A DNA stretch of 64,000 bases from Bryobacterales bacterium. Its GTDB lineage: Bacteria > Acidobacteriota > Terriglobia > Bryobacterales > Bryobacteraceae. A program made the position numbers and the translations under genes. This document shows positions 17,931 to 28,400 of the stretch, piece by piece (the stretch's first letter is position 1; each line of letters begins with the position of its first letter). The notes under the pieces are model-generated. The model had not been told where the DNA came from and searched no databases. It saw only the letters and a program-made list of their open reading frames with translations. The DNA is taken from positions 33,638-97,637 of the forward strand of contig CAVPQK010000028.1 in NCBI GenBank assembly GCA_963707465.1. The letters run 5' to 3'.

Positions 17931-19580
17931 TTACCCCGCGGTACGCCGCATCATCGCGCGCTTCACCTGCTCCAGTAAAGCGTGCGCGCGCGGAAGGCTC
18001 TCCACGGCCTGCCGCACTTCCGGGTCGTTGGTCCAGTCCAGGCGGTCGGCCGCGTGCTTGTCAAACGCGCGCGCATATAACTCCACCCGGATCTGTTCTT
18101 CCACCCAGGCGCGATTCTGGGCGAATTCCTCGTCGGTGAAAATCGTGCCCTGCTGCCGCAGATAGCCGCGGAAGCGCTCCACCACCGCGTTATCGGGCGA
18201 CCAGCCCTGCTGCAGATGGGGCGTCTCCGCGCCAAAATACACCGAACCGAAGCGGAAGAACTCGCCCGGCTGGGGGAAACGCACGCGGCGCTGGAAAGCG
18301 TTCATCATTTGCGGAGGGAATTTCTCGTCCGGCGTGATGCCGCCGCCGCCGTATACCGTGCGGCCGCTGTCGGTCATCTTCACATCGTTCGAGTTCTGCG
18401 CGTCTTCCTGCCGGTTGTGATAGTAATAATCGAAAAATGAGCGGTGCGCGTAATCGCGCTGGATGAGCCGTCCGCTGGGCGTGTAGTAACGCGCGATGGT
18501 CAGCAGCAGCGCGGCATCCTCCGACAGCGGAAATTGCGCCTGCACCAGCCCCTTGCCGAAAGTGCTTTCTCCCATCACCCAGGCCCGGTCGTGATCCTGC
18601 AACGCCCCCGCTACGATTTCAGAAGCGGAAGCCGTATTGCGGTTCACCAGCACCACCACCGGATATTGCCGGCCATGATTGCCGGTTTTCGCGCGGAACA
18701 CCTGCTCGGGCTCCGAACGGCCGCGGTGCGAGACCACGGTCTGGTCCTTGCGCAGGAAGTGTCCAGCCACTTCGACGGCTTCGTTCAGCAATCCGCCGCG
18801 GTTCTCCCGCAGGTCCAGGATCAGGCCATTCACGTTGTCCTCGCCCAAGCGGCGCAGGTCTTCTTCCATGTCGCGCCCGGCGCTCTGGGCTTCAAAGGTC
18901 TGAATGTACACATAAGCGATGCCCGGCCGCACCCAGAAAGCGTCCACTACGCTGGGGAAGATTTCGCCGCGCGTCACCATGAAGGAGACCATCTTGTTGG
19001 CTCCATAGCGGCTTACCCCGACTTTCACCAGGGTGCCCCGCGGCCCCTTCAGCCGGTCGGCCACGGCGGCGGAATCTTCGCCTTCCACGTTGTGGTCGTC
19101 GACCGCGGCGATTGTGTCTCCGCGCCGCAGCCCCGCGCGCGCCGCCGGCGAATCCGGAAACGCCTGCACCACCACCACGTGCGGCCCGTCCATCATCACT
19201 TCCATGCCGACGCCGTAATACTGCCCGCGCTGCTTTTGCTGCAGCTGCCGATACTCTTCGGGGTCCAGAAAGTTGGAGTGCGGATCGAGGGTGCGCAGCA
19301 TGCCCGGAATGGCGCCCTCGTAGATGGCCTTATCCGGCGTGATGGCGTCCGCAAAGTTCTCTTCGATCAAGGCGTACGCGGAGGCGAACGATTTCACGTT
19401 GCCGCGCAGGTCGCCTTCCGATTGACCGGTCGCGGTATGCGCGACACCTGGGACCAAAAGGCCGGCGATCAAGCCGCCCAAGACAATCGTCAGCGGCAGG
19501 AGTGCCGCGGAACTGGTTTTCTTAGTTCTGCCGGAGTCTTTCGCCACGCGCCAAGCCCTCGTTGACAACCATAATAGCAC
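17931..19580 (-). CDS. S41-family C-terminal processing (tail-specific) peptidase with PDZ domain
   Basis: PDZ block VVVVQAFPDSPAARAGLRRGDTIAAVD. Catalytic region GLILDLRENRGGLL..VVLVNRNTASASEIVAGALQD..GESTFGKGLVQ. Confidence 0.9.
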   Translation of the reverse strand: MLLWLSTRAWRVAKDSGRTKKTSSAALLPLTIVLGGLIAGLLVPGVAHTATGQSEGDLRGNVKSFASAYALIEENFADAITPDKAIYEGAIPGMLRTLDPHSNFLDPEEYRQLQQKQRGQYYGVGMEVMMDGPHVVVVQAFPDSPAARAGLRRGDTIAAVDDHNVEGEDSAAVADRLKGPRGTLVKVGVSRYGANKMVSFMVTRGEIFPSVVDAFWVRPGIAYVYIQTFEAQSAGRDMEEDLRRLGEDNVNGLILDLRENRGGLLNEAVEVAGHFLRKDQTVVSHRGRSEPEQVFRAKTGNHGRQYPVVVLVNRNTASASEIVAGALQDHDRAWVMGESTFGKGLVQAQFPLSEDAALLLTIARYYTPSGRLIQRDYAHRSFFDYYYHNRQEDAQNSNDVKMTDSGRTVYGGGGITPDEKFPPQMMNAFQRRVRFPQPGEFFRFGSVYFGAETPHLQQGWSPDNAVVERFRGYLRQQGTIFTDEEFAQNRAWVEEQIRVELYARAFDKHAADRLDWTNDPEVRQAVESLPRAHALLEQVKRAMMRRTAG

Positions 19581-19631
19581 TGTGAACGCGGCTTGTATGT
19601 CAGGCTCGGTGCGCCGGCCGACGGCTCGGGG

Positions 19632-19976
19632 CTACGCTACCCTGCTTGCCCGGGGTGCCTTCGGCTTAACGGCGGATACCAGCCGAATCTGGACCCTTTT
19701 GCCGACCGCCTCGGCTATGCGGCGCAACATCGCGAGGGAGTCCCCTCCGTAGTCAGCGTCCTCCAGGCTGCCGATCACCGCGGCGGTAGTGCCGACTTTC
19801 CTCGCCAGTGCCCGATAGCTCAAGCCTGACTTGGTGCGCAGGTCGTACACCTTGGTTGCCACTTCGGTATCGAAAAGCGCCTTTTCGTAGAACGCCTCAT
19901 GCTCCGGGCTGCCAGCGATGAAGCGGTCGTAGGAGTATGGCAGTGCCTCCGAATAGAACCTTCTCTTTGTCGCCAT
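19632..19976 (-). CDS. XRE-type HTH antitoxin (HigA-like)
   Basis: ORF 19632..20060. Start at ATG 19976, 4 nt after the toxin stop. HTH LRTKSGLSYRALARKVGTTAAVIGSLE. Confidence 0.7.
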   Translation of the reverse strand: MATKRRFYSEALPYSYDRFIAGSPEHEAFYEKALFDTEVATKVYDLRTKSGLSYRALARKVGTTAAVIGSLEDADYGGDSLAMLRRIAEAVGKRVQIRLVSAVKPKAPRASRVA

Positions 19977-19980
19977 TTCG

Positions 19981-20358
19981 CTATTTTCCTTTCGGCGGAA
20001 TAAATGAGTGCCTCGCCGGGTTGGCCCGAAATCGCGCCATCCTCCGGATCGCCCGCTCAATCTCCGCGGCGGGCTCTTCGGCTTCCTTCGTCAGGCCATG
20101 TGAAACCACGATCGCCTCGCTGCCATGAAAGAAGTAAAGGATGCGATACTGCACGCCCGCAAAAGACGGGCGCAATTCGTGGATACCGTCCCGGAGGTAA
20201 TCGGCGGCCGGTCTCCGCAGTTCATGCCCTTCCGACTCCAGCCGTGCGAGGTAGACGTGGCATTTGTCATTCGCTTTGCCGGGCAACTCGGCGAACCAGG
20301 CAAGGGTGGAGACCGTCTGGTCCAGCTCCGCGTAGTAGATAAGCTTTGTCCGCGGCAC
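19981..20358 (-). CDS. RelE/ParE-superfamily toxin, Gp49/HigB-like
   Basis: 125 aa. LRDGIHELRPSFAGVQYRILYFFHGSEAIVVSHGLTK fits the Gp49-like/HigB pattern. Toxin-first order with a downstream HTH antitoxin. Confidence 0.7.
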   Translation of the reverse strand: MPRTKLIYYAELDQTVSTLAWFAELPGKANDKCHVYLARLESEGHELRRPAADYLRDGIHELRPSFAGVQYRILYFFHGSEAIVVSHGLTKEAEEPAAEIERAIRRMARFRANPARHSFIPPKGK

Positions 20359-20492
20359 AACATATTCTACTGTTCGTCAATCTGCGGAACTTTGTCAAAT
20401 TCGCCAGATTCGGCCCGGCGGTCGCGCACGCCGATCTTGCCGGGGACGGCATCTGTGTCCATCCGTGGTTCCAGTCTGTTAAGCTGCTGGAA

Positions 20493-21335
20493 GTGGCCGA
20501 ACCTACCGGCCAGGCGCCGAAGCCCCCCAAGGTATCGGCCCTGGTGGTTTCCTACAATCGAAAAGACTTCTTGCGGCGCGCGCTGGAGGCGCTGGAGCGG
20601 TCCGAAGCTCGCGACTCGATCGAGATCGTGGTGGTGGATAACGGTTCCACCGACGGCAGCCAGCAGCTCGAAGCCGAATTCCCGCGCGCGCGGTTCATCC
20701 GCATTCCGCGCAATTTCGGCTTGACCAAAGCCCTCAATCTGGCCGTGCGCGGCTCCGAAGCCGAGTACGTCTTCTTTCTGCATGAAGACACGGAAGTCTT
20801 CCCCGAAACGGCCCGGTTGCTGGCGGCCCTGCTGGATGCCCAACCCGATGCGGGCGCGGTCTGCCCGCTGCTGGTGGACGACGCGGACCGCCCTGCGCCG
20901 CAATTGGGAAAGTTTCCGCCGGATGACACCTGGCGTCCCGCCGAGCCAGGGCCGGATCCCATGCCTGTGGATTACGCGCGCGGCGCCGCCCTGATGATGC
21001 GCCGTTTTTTCTTCACCTCTATCGGGCAGATCGACGAGCGCTACGGGCAATTCGGGAGCGATGCGGACCTGTGCTACCAACTGCGCCGCGCGGGGAAGAA
21101 AATCATGCTGCTGCCCCAGGCGCGCGCCCGCCACCAGGGGCGCGCCGCCGAATCGGCCCTGCGCATCGCCGACCGCCAGCAGGGCACGACCGCCTGGATC
21201 GGCAAATACGACGGCTTCTGGAGCGGCCTGGGGGCGCAGATCGCCGCCATCTTCGGCGCCCTCGGTTCACTTCAGTTAACAGTGCTCAAGTATCTTTTGG
21301 CCGGCCAGAAGGTTGACGGAAGTCAACAGGAGTAA
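20493..21335 (+). CDS. Family 2 glycosyltransferase (start uncertain: GTG 20493 or ATG 20346)
   Basis: VSALVVSYNRKDFLRRAL..IVVVDNGSTDGS..FFLHEDTEV is the GT-A/GT2 signature. The ATG 20346 extension overlaps the divergent toxin gene start. Confidence 0.8.
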   Translation: MAEPTGQAPKPPKVSALVVSYNRKDFLRRALEALERSEARDSIEIVVVDNGSTDGSQQLEAEFPRARFIRIPRNFGLTKALNLAVRGSEAEYVFFLHEDTEVFPETARLLAALLDAQPDAGAVCPLLVDDADRPAPQLGKFPPDDTWRPAEPGPDPMPVDYARGAALMMRRFFFTSIGQIDERYGQFGSDADLCYQLRRAGKKIMLLPQARARHQGRAAESALRIADRQQGTTAWIGKYDGFWSGLGAQIAAIFGALGSLQLTVLKYLLAGQKVDGSQQE

Positions 21336-21382
21336 TTGGGAAAGCGCGCCCAAGGGTAGCCGTTTCCGCTATCATGTGACTA

Positions 21383-21850
21383 GTGGACGCTATTCTTTGG
21401 ATACTGTTACCGGGCTTCGTGGCCGTCGGTTCCGGCCTGTTGGCGTTCTATATCATGCAGTCCCGCATGGAAGTCGCGCTGGCCCGCGAACGGGAAGCCA
21501 TGGCGCAGGCGCGCGGCACGCTGGAAGCCGAGAAGAATTCGCTCGAACAAGCCTTGCGCGGCGCCAAAGACTCCGCCCGGCGTGAGGCGCTGGACGAATT
21601 CCTGGCCGATGTGCACGTGGAGCAGCGGCACTACGTGAAAGACAACAAACTGCTGTTCCAGAACCGCAAGGCGCTGGTGTTGCAAGAGCGCATCTTCTTC
21701 CGCAATATCCCGCTGTCCAACTGGATCGAGCACGAGATCGTTCTGCAGGAAGGCGAGGATGCGGACAAGGCCGCCCGCAGCCTCACTTCCTTCGTCGATG
21801 TCGTGGGCATGGCGCAGCCGGTTCCCAACGGCAACCGCCTGCTGCGCTGA
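21383..21850 (+). CDS. Hypothetical membrane-anchored protein with coiled-coil segment
   Basis: GTG start. N-terminal TM ILWILLPGFVAVGSGLLAFYI, then a charged helical region. No recognisable family. Confidence 0.55.
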   Translation: MDAILWILLPGFVAVGSGLLAFYIMQSRMEVALAREREAMAQARGTLEAEKNSLEQALRGAKDSARREALDEFLADVHVEQRHYVKDNKLLFQNRKALVLQERIFFRNIPLSNWIEHEIVLQEGEDADKAARSLTSFVDVVGMAQPVPNGNRLLR

Positions 21851-21898
21851 TCGAGCGCGTATTCCAGTCCTTCGCCGCCGGGTATCATGTAGCTTCCT

Positions 21899-23179
21899 AT
21901 GCCCATCCGCTGGCTTCTGATCTTCTGGATGTTCGCCATCAGCGCCATCTCCTTCCTGGACCGCGTTAACATCTCCATCGCCGCCAGCTTCCTCCAGCAG
22001 GAGTTTCACATCACCGACCTGCAGCTCGGACACGTGTTCAGCGCCTTCCTGGTAGGCTATGCGCTGTTTCAGGCGCCGGCCGGCCGCCTGGCGGATCGCT
22101 TCGGGCCCCGCCTGATCCTGACGCTGGGCACGCTGTGGTGGGGCATCTTCACGGCCCTTACGGCCATGGTTTCGGCGCGCATGGCCGGTCTGCTGCTGGT
22201 GCTGCTGGCCGTGCGCTTTTCGCTCGGCGCGGGCGAAGCGGTGCTGTTTCCGGCTTCCAACCGCTTGGTCGCCAACTGGATTCCCTCGCGGGAACGCGGC
22301 CTGGCCAACGGGATCATCTTCGCCGGCGTGGGCGCGGGCGCGGGCATCACCCCGCCGCTGGTTACCTATATCGTCATGCATTACGGATGGCGCGCGTCGT
22401 TCTGGATCAGCGCGGCGATCGGCCTGGCCGCCGGCGGCGCGTGGTATTGGCTGGCCCGCGACCGGCCCGAAGACCACCCCTGGGTTACGCCGCAGGAAAC
22501 CGCGTTCATCGAGCAGGGATTGCCCGAACTGCCCGCCGAACTTGAAATCGGCAAGCCGCTGCCCTGGAGCAAAATATTTGGCAGCAAGGATGTCCTGGCG
22601 ATTGCCTTCAGTTATTTCACGTACGGCTACGCCGCCTGGATCTTCTTTGCGTGGTTCTTCATTTATCTCAGCAAGGTGCGCGGCCTGGATCTCAAATCCA
22701 GTTCCTATTACGCCATGCTGCCGTTCATCGCCATGGCCGTGGGCTCCACGCTGGGCGGCCGGATCAGCGATATCCTGACGCGGCGCTACGGCAACCGCAT
22801 CGGCCGCTGCGGCGTGGCGGTGGCGGGAATTGCGCTGGCCGCCGTCTTCATCGCCTCGGGAACCCAGGTCGAGAGCGCGCGCCTGGCCAGCGTGGTGCTG
22901 GCGGGCGGCGCGGGCGCCCTATATCTTTCGCAAAGCTCCTTCTGGTCCGTGACCGCCGACATGGCCGGCGCATCGGCGGGCTCAGTGTCCGGGGTGATGA
23001 ACATGGGCGGCCAGATCGGCGGCATCGTCACCGCTTCGCTGACCCCGTTGATCGCCCACCAATTCAGTTGGACGGCGTCGTTCCTGGTGGCCGCCGCGCT
23101 CTGCGCCGCCGGTTCGGTGGCGTGGCTGGTGGTGGATCCCGAAGTGGAACTCGGGGCTAGCGCGGCGCACACGCATTAA
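21899..23179 (+). CDS. MFS transporter (anion:cation symporter-like)
   Basis: 426 aa, ~12 predicted TM segments. FLDRVNISIAA and GRLADRFGPR (loop 2-3 motif) are typical of MFS/ACS-type carriers. Confidence 0.85.
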   Translation: MPIRWLLIFWMFAISAISFLDRVNISIAASFLQQEFHITDLQLGHVFSAFLVGYALFQAPAGRLADRFGPRLILTLGTLWWGIFTALTAMVSARMAGLLLVLLAVRFSLGAGEAVLFPASNRLVANWIPSRERGLANGIIFAGVGAGAGITPPLVTYIVMHYGWRASFWISAAIGLAAGGAWYWLARDRPEDHPWVTPQETAFIEQGLPELPAELEIGKPLPWSKIFGSKDVLAIAFSYFTYGYAAWIFFAWFFIYLSKVRGLDLKSSSYYAMLPFIAMAVGSTLGGRISDILTRRYGNRIGRCGVAVAGIALAAVFIASGTQVESARLASVVLAGGAGALYLSQSSFWSVTADMAGASAGSVSGVMNMGGQIGGIVTASLTPLIAHQFSWTASFLVAAALCAAGSVAWLVVDPEVELGASAAHTH

Positions 23180-23209
23180 ATCTGCTACATTCGTCATAAT
23201 ACGAAAGCG

Positions 23210-23722
23210 ATGAAGCCGCCCATCCCGCTTAACGAGCACGCGCGCGTGGATCTGTTGCGGCAGTACGGCGTACTGGACACGGCCGCGGAGCCCGCCTTCG
23301 ACGAGATCGCGCAGCGGGCCGCCGAGATCTGCCAGACCCCCATCTGCCTGATCGTCTTCGTGGACCGGGACCGGGCATGGTTCAAGTCAAACATCGGTTT
23401 TGAGTTTCGCGAGATTCCCCGCGATAACTCTTTCTCGGCTTACGCGATCTGCCAGGACCAACTGTACGTAGCCCCGGACTTGCTGGCCGACGAGCGTTTC
23501 TCGCACAACCCGCTGGTGACACAGAAGCCGCACCTCCGATTCTACGCGGGGATGCCGCTGCTTTCACCCGAAGGTCTGGCGCTGGGCACGCTATGCGTGA
23601 TCGACCGCAAGCCCCGCGAACTGACCGCGGAACAGGCGGAGAAGCTGAAGGAACTGGCGAAGGGCGCGGTCCTGCTGCTCGAAATCCGGCGCGCCGGCGG
23701 CCAGCCTCCCGCGCGTCCCTGA
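23210..23722 (+). CDS. Stand-alone GAF-domain protein
   Basis: NEHARVDLLRQYGVLDTAAEPAFDEI..ICLIVFVDRDRAWFKS..FYAGMPLLSPEGLALGTLCVIDRKPR is the common GAF-only pattern. Confidence 0.75.
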   Translation: MKPPIPLNEHARVDLLRQYGVLDTAAEPAFDEIAQRAAEICQTPICLIVFVDRDRAWFKSNIGFEFREIPRDNSFSAYAICQDQLYVAPDLLADERFSHNPLVTQKPHLRFYAGMPLLSPEGLALGTLCVIDRKPRELTAEQAEKLKELAKGAVLLLEIRRAGGQPPARP

Positions 23723-23733
23723 AGGCCCCGTTT

Positions 23734-24567
23734 ATGCCCTTCGCCGGCATGCACGTCCTCGCTCTGGAGAGCCGCCGCGCGGCGGAGATCGCCGAGTTGA
23801 TTCGCAAACAGGGAGGCGAACCGGTAGTGGCTCCGTCGATGCGCGAAGCACCGCTGGACCGAAACGAGGCGGCTTTTGAGTTCGCCGAGCGGCTCTTTGC
23901 CGGCGAGTTCGACATGATGATCCTGCTGACCGGCGTGGGCACGCGCCTGCTGCATCAGACGCTCGCGACGCGTTATGCACCGGAGCGCTTTGTCGAGGCC
24001 TTGCGCGGGATTACCGTGGTCGCCCGCGGACCGAAGCCGGCCGCCGTCCTGCGCGGACTCAACGTGCCGGTCACGATCGCCGTGCCGGAGCCGAATACCT
24101 GGCGCGAGTTGCTGGCCGCTATCGGCGATCGCCCGGAGCGCCGCATTGCCGTCCAGGAATACGGACGCCCGAACGGCGAGCTGCTGGATGCCCTGCGCCA
24201 GCGCGGCGCGGAAGTGACCACCGTGCGCGTTTACCAATGGGACCTGCCGGAAGACAGCGAACCGCTGCGCGCTGCCGCCCGCCGCCTGGCCGCCGGCGAA
24301 CTGCAGGTGGCGCTGTTCACCACATCGATTCAGATCGAGCACCTGCTGCGCATCGCCGCCGAGGGCGGGATCGAAGCGGCTGTGCTATCGGCCTTGCGCC
24401 GGATGGTGGTTGCCTCTATCGGTCCTACCACCAGCGAAGCGCTGGAAGAAGCCGGCGTGCACCCCGACCTGGAGCCCACGCATCCGAAGATGGGCTTCCT
24501 GGTCCAGGAGACGGCGCAGCGCGCGGAACAGATCCTGCGCGGCAAGAACCTGGGACGGGAAGGTTGA
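23734..24567 (+). CDS. hemD: Uroporphyrinogen-III synthase (HEM4 family)
   Basis: ORF 23593..24567. Start at ATG 23734, after the GAF gene stop. Two-lobe HEM4-like pattern (VLALESRRAAEIAELI..MMILLTGVGTRLL..VALFTTSIQIEHLL..ASIGPTTSEAL). Confidence 0.6.
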   Translation: MPFAGMHVLALESRRAAEIAELIRKQGGEPVVAPSMREAPLDRNEAAFEFAERLFAGEFDMMILLTGVGTRLLHQTLATRYAPERFVEALRGITVVARGPKPAAVLRGLNVPVTIAVPEPNTWRELLAAIGDRPERRIAVQEYGRPNGELLDALRQRGAEVTTVRVYQWDLPEDSEPLRAAARRLAAGELQVALFTTSIQIEHLLRIAAEGGIEAAVLSALRRMVVASIGPTTSEALEEAGVHPDLEPTHPKMGFLVQETAQRAEQILRGKNLGREG

Positions 24568-24572
24568 CGGGA

Positions 24573-24761
24573 ATGCCGAAGTGCGCGGTGTGTGGCGGAG
24601 CGAGGGAAGTATTGTGCACGCGGTGCCGCGTGCCGGGATCGCGCGAGGTGGGGCGTCAAGCGAAGGTCTGCGAGGGCTGCAAACGCAGGGGGAAGATTGA
24701 GTGTCCGGCGTGCGGGGGCACCGGAAAAGCCGCCCGCGGCAGTGGCGTGACGGCCCACTAA
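24573..24761 (+). CDS. Small cysteine-rich protein with DnaJ-type CxxCxGxG zinc-finger repeats (62 aa)
   Basis: In-frame ATG 24573 inside ORF 24237..24761, 5 nt after the hemD stop. MPKCAVCGGAREVLCTRCRV..VCEGCKRRGKIECPACGGTGKA carries four CxxC pairs. Confidence 0.5.
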   Translation: MPKCAVCGGAREVLCTRCRVPGSREVGRQAKVCEGCKRRGKIECPACGGTGKAARGSGVTAH

Positions 24762-24768
24762 CGACCCG

Positions 24769-25341
24769 CTAGCGCTGGCCCAGCCATTCCAGCATGCTCA
24801 AAGCGACCTTTTCGACGCAGCACGACAGGACGTGGTCCAGATCGCTGGTCCACAAGCCGGTACCGATGGAGAACACCAGCACTTCGGACGATTCAGATTC
24901 CCGAATGGCGGCCTCCATCTGATCGTGAACGGTCAAAGCGGCGGGCTCGCTCAAGGCATCCAGGAACCGCGCGAATGCCACGAACTCGAAGGCGAAATCG
25001 GCGCGCAACCGCGCGCGCATTTCAGGCGGAACGACGGCCACGATTTCCACCGGGCCGGTGCGCGAATCGTGGCAGTAGATCATGGCGACCGCGCAGTCGC
25101 TCAGGGCGTGGATTACGCTGAAGAACCGGGTGGCCGCTTCTCCCTGGACGTTGCAGCTCACCGGGCCATACCACGACCGGCCGTGCGCGGCTTGGAGCGC
25201 TTGCGCCAGGCGCCCGGACACGCGGGGGGAGGGGCTCAATCCGGTCGGCCCGTTCCACGACTCGGTGCGCGCATCCCAGCCGTATAGCTGGATGCGGCCT
25301 TCCTCGCCGCTCTGGGACGCGTAGGCGCGGTCAGGATGCAT
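24769..25341 (-). CDS. Hypothetical protein
   Basis: 190-aa ORF with coding-like composition. No recognisable motif. Confidence 0.5.
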   Translation of the reverse strand: MHPDRAYASQSGEEGRIQLYGWDARTESWNGPTGLSPSPRVSGRLAQALQAAHGRSWYGPVSCNVQGEAATRFFSVIHALSDCAVAMIYCHDSRTGPVEIVAVVPPEMRARLRADFAFEFVAFARFLDALSEPAALTVHDQMEAAIRESESSEVLVFSIGTGLWTSDLDHVLSCCVEKVALSMLEWLGQR

Positions 25342-25435
25342 GGATACAACAGGGCAAGTATAGCATAAAAGGTCTTATAGTCTGTTTATGACCCGGCGGG
25401 ATTGAGGATCAACGGGCGCGCCCGCTGCACGATCC

Positions 25436-28400
25436 CTAGAAAATGAGCTTCATGCCGAACTGAATCTGCCGCGAGGTGGTCGCCGTCGCAGTGATCAACC
25501 CCGCTGACGGGCTGATCGCCGTGCCCGAGAAGACGATGGCGTTGGGCGTGCCGAAGTTGGCATGGTTCATTATGTTGAAGAATTCCGAGCGGAGCTGGAG
25601 CTTCATTCGCTCGGCGATGGCGATGTCCTTCGCTAGCGACAGGTCCAGTTCCGCCAGTCCCGGGCCCAGGTAAGTGCCGCGGCCGAGGTCTCCGTATGTT
25701 CCGGCCGCGGGCAGGACGAACGCCGCCGGATTGAACCACTGGTTCGGGTTGCCCAGCACCACTGGTCCGCTGAATGCGGGGTTCGGGGAGGGCCGGTCGG
25801 GGTTTCGCGTATCGCCATCGCCGGACCGGTTCGCGCCGATCTGCGGAGTGAACGGGAAGCCGCTCAACAAGGTCGCAATTCCATTGACCCGCCATCCCCC
25901 CAGCCAGCGGTTATTGCCTCCAAAGGGCAGAGCGTACATCCAGGAGATGCTGCCCTGACTGGCTACGTCCAACGCGGAGGGTCCCCAGTCCCGCCCCAGA
26001 TCGCTGCGATCCAGGATCATCTGCGCCTGGTTATTGGCTTGCGCGCCGGTGAGCGCGGAATTCATGTCGAGACTCTTCGACCAGGTGTAATTGGCCCGGA
26101 ATTCCAGGCCATGCGTGAGGCGGTGGCTCACGTCGACCTGGAGAGCGTTGTAACTGGTGTTGCCTTCCGTGTACCAGAAGAAACCTGCGCCCAGGTAAGG
26201 GTTCGGCCGCGTGCCGACGGGGATGTACTGCGCGCCGTCGGGCACCGTGCTGGTGGTGGTGCCCGGCGTTCCGCCCGCCTTGCAGCCGCCGGCGGTGGCG
26301 CAAATCTGGGCGGGGATGGTGTTGGGGTCCACGCTGAGAAGGCCGTGGTATCCGAACGATCCCACGTAGGCCAGCCGCAGGACCGAGTTGCGATCGAGCT
26401 GCCGCTCCAGGGCGAAGCGCCACTCCTCGACCGTGGGCGTTTTGGCGTTGGGCTGTACGCCTTGCGGCGCGTAGGTGGTGCAAGGCGCGGGCACGCCAGG
26501 CCCGCAGGAGGGCGGCGGCACGACGTTCGGCAGAATGGGCAGGATCGAAGGCAGCGAGACGCCGGCGAACGAAAGGGCGCCGTTGTATGGCGGGACGGAA
26601 TTCAGGAGAAAGCTGAGATCGTCGATCAGGGAGTAGTAAGTGCCGAAGCCGGCGCGCAGCACCGTACGGCCATTGCCGAAGATATCCCAAGCCAGCGCGA
26701 TCCGCGGTCCGAACAAATGGGTCGCATTGTTTTGGGTGAAAGCGGAGTGGCCCACGATGGGCGTGGTTACCAGGATGCCGTCACCATTGGTGATGTAGTT
26801 GGCGGCGCGCCCGGCCTCTTCATTCCATCCGGTGGTGAATTCGTGCCGAATGCCTGCCTCGAACGTGAGATTTGGCAGCAGCTTGATGGTGTCCTGGAGA
26901 TACCAGGCCCCTTCCAGACTTCTCCAGCCCAGCTCACTCGGGCTGGGCACTACCTGGAAAGTGGTGACCTTGCCCTGCAGAAAGGTGGTCAGGCTGGCGA
27001 AGCTGGCTTGTCCCAACTGCCGCGAGGCGGTGTCATCGTTATCCTGCAAGCGCTGAAACCAAATCCCGGCGCTGATTTGATGCTTCCCCGTGACGATTTG
27101 GACGCTGTCGGTCCCGGTGAAAAGATTGCGGCGGGTCCAGGCGTTCGCGGCATTGTTAGGCCCGGCGGAGACAACGGATCCCGAACCTGTGGTGGTCACG
27201 CCGCCGCCGATCACGATTCCGCCCGGCCCCAGCGCGCCGACAAACGAGTCGCTCGCCGGAAAGGAAGTCTCGGGGGCCGAATCCAGGTTAAAGCCCGCAC
27301 GGGAGAATCCGGCGTCAAATGTATTCAGCACTCGCGGGGAAAAAACGTGGGTCTCCTGCGCGCTGGCGACCTGGGAGCGCAGCGTTTCATAAGACGCAAA
27401 CAGCGGATCGGCCAGCGGGATGAGATTGTTTCCGTCATCGATCGTGTAGACGCCCGCGAGCCAATCGCGACCGCCGAGCGCGTAATCGGCGCGGGTATTG
27501 CCGAAATCTTCACGGATGGCCTGGCGGGGATTGCTGTAGTCGAGCGCGGTGCCGGTGGGCAGCCCGCCGACGAGCCTCTCCGCGCCGTTTGCCTGAGGCC
27601 AAAAAGACATATAGGTGAGCATCGCCGGGTTCAAGTTCGCGACCGGTTTATATACGCCCGAAGCATTGGGCAGCATACCCAGGCGCGCTTCCGCGTCCGG
27701 AACGACGGCCACGTTGCTGACCGCCAGGGCCTCGCGGAAGCCTTCGTAATTACCAAACAGGAACAGCTTGTTCTTCCGTAGCGGCCCGCCCAGCGCGCCT
27801 CCGAACTGATTCCGGCGAAAGGGAGGGACGGAAGCCTGATCGAAGAAGTTGCGGGCGTCGAGCGCGCTGTTGCGCAAGAACTCAAACACCGAACCGTGCA
27901 GCACGTTGGAGCCGGACTGGGTGGCGACGCTGACTTGAGCGCCGGCGCGCTTACCGTACTCCGCGCCGTAGGTATCGGTCACCACATTGAACTCGCGGAT
28001 GGCGTCGATGCCCAGCAATTCTCCGCTGGCGCCTCCCGGGGTGACGCCGAGCTGGCTGGCGCCGGTGTATTCGATGCCATTCAACAGGAACAGGTTTTCC
28101 GCGGTCCGCCGGCCTTCCACCGAAAAAGTGTTGCCGTCGCTGGTACTGGTCTCGGCGCTCTTCAGGGCGCTGAAATTGATGGAGCCCGGATTCAGAGCGA
28201 TCAGGTTATCGAAGCTTCTTCCGTTGAGCGGCAGATCTTTCACTTCGCGTTCGCCAACCATGCCGGCGGCCGACGCGGTGGTGGTGTTGACCACCGGCGC
28301 CTGCTCGGAAACCGTGACCTGCTGGGCCAGATCGCCAACTTCCAGGCGCAGGTTGGCGACCGCCTCCTGGCCTATGCGCAGATCGATACCGGAGCGCAAG

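Noticed and set aside
26039-27781. 580-aa plus-strand ORF, plus 30317..31657, 36084..37613, 37839..38915, 49467..50378, 54872..55579, 57553..58329, 60289..61260 and 62363..63106
   Set aside because: They are antisense shadows of the TonB-type receptor, pqqE, the ceramidase-like gene, GT1, the kinase fusion, clpB, the propeller protein, GH130 and the EgtD-like gene respectively.
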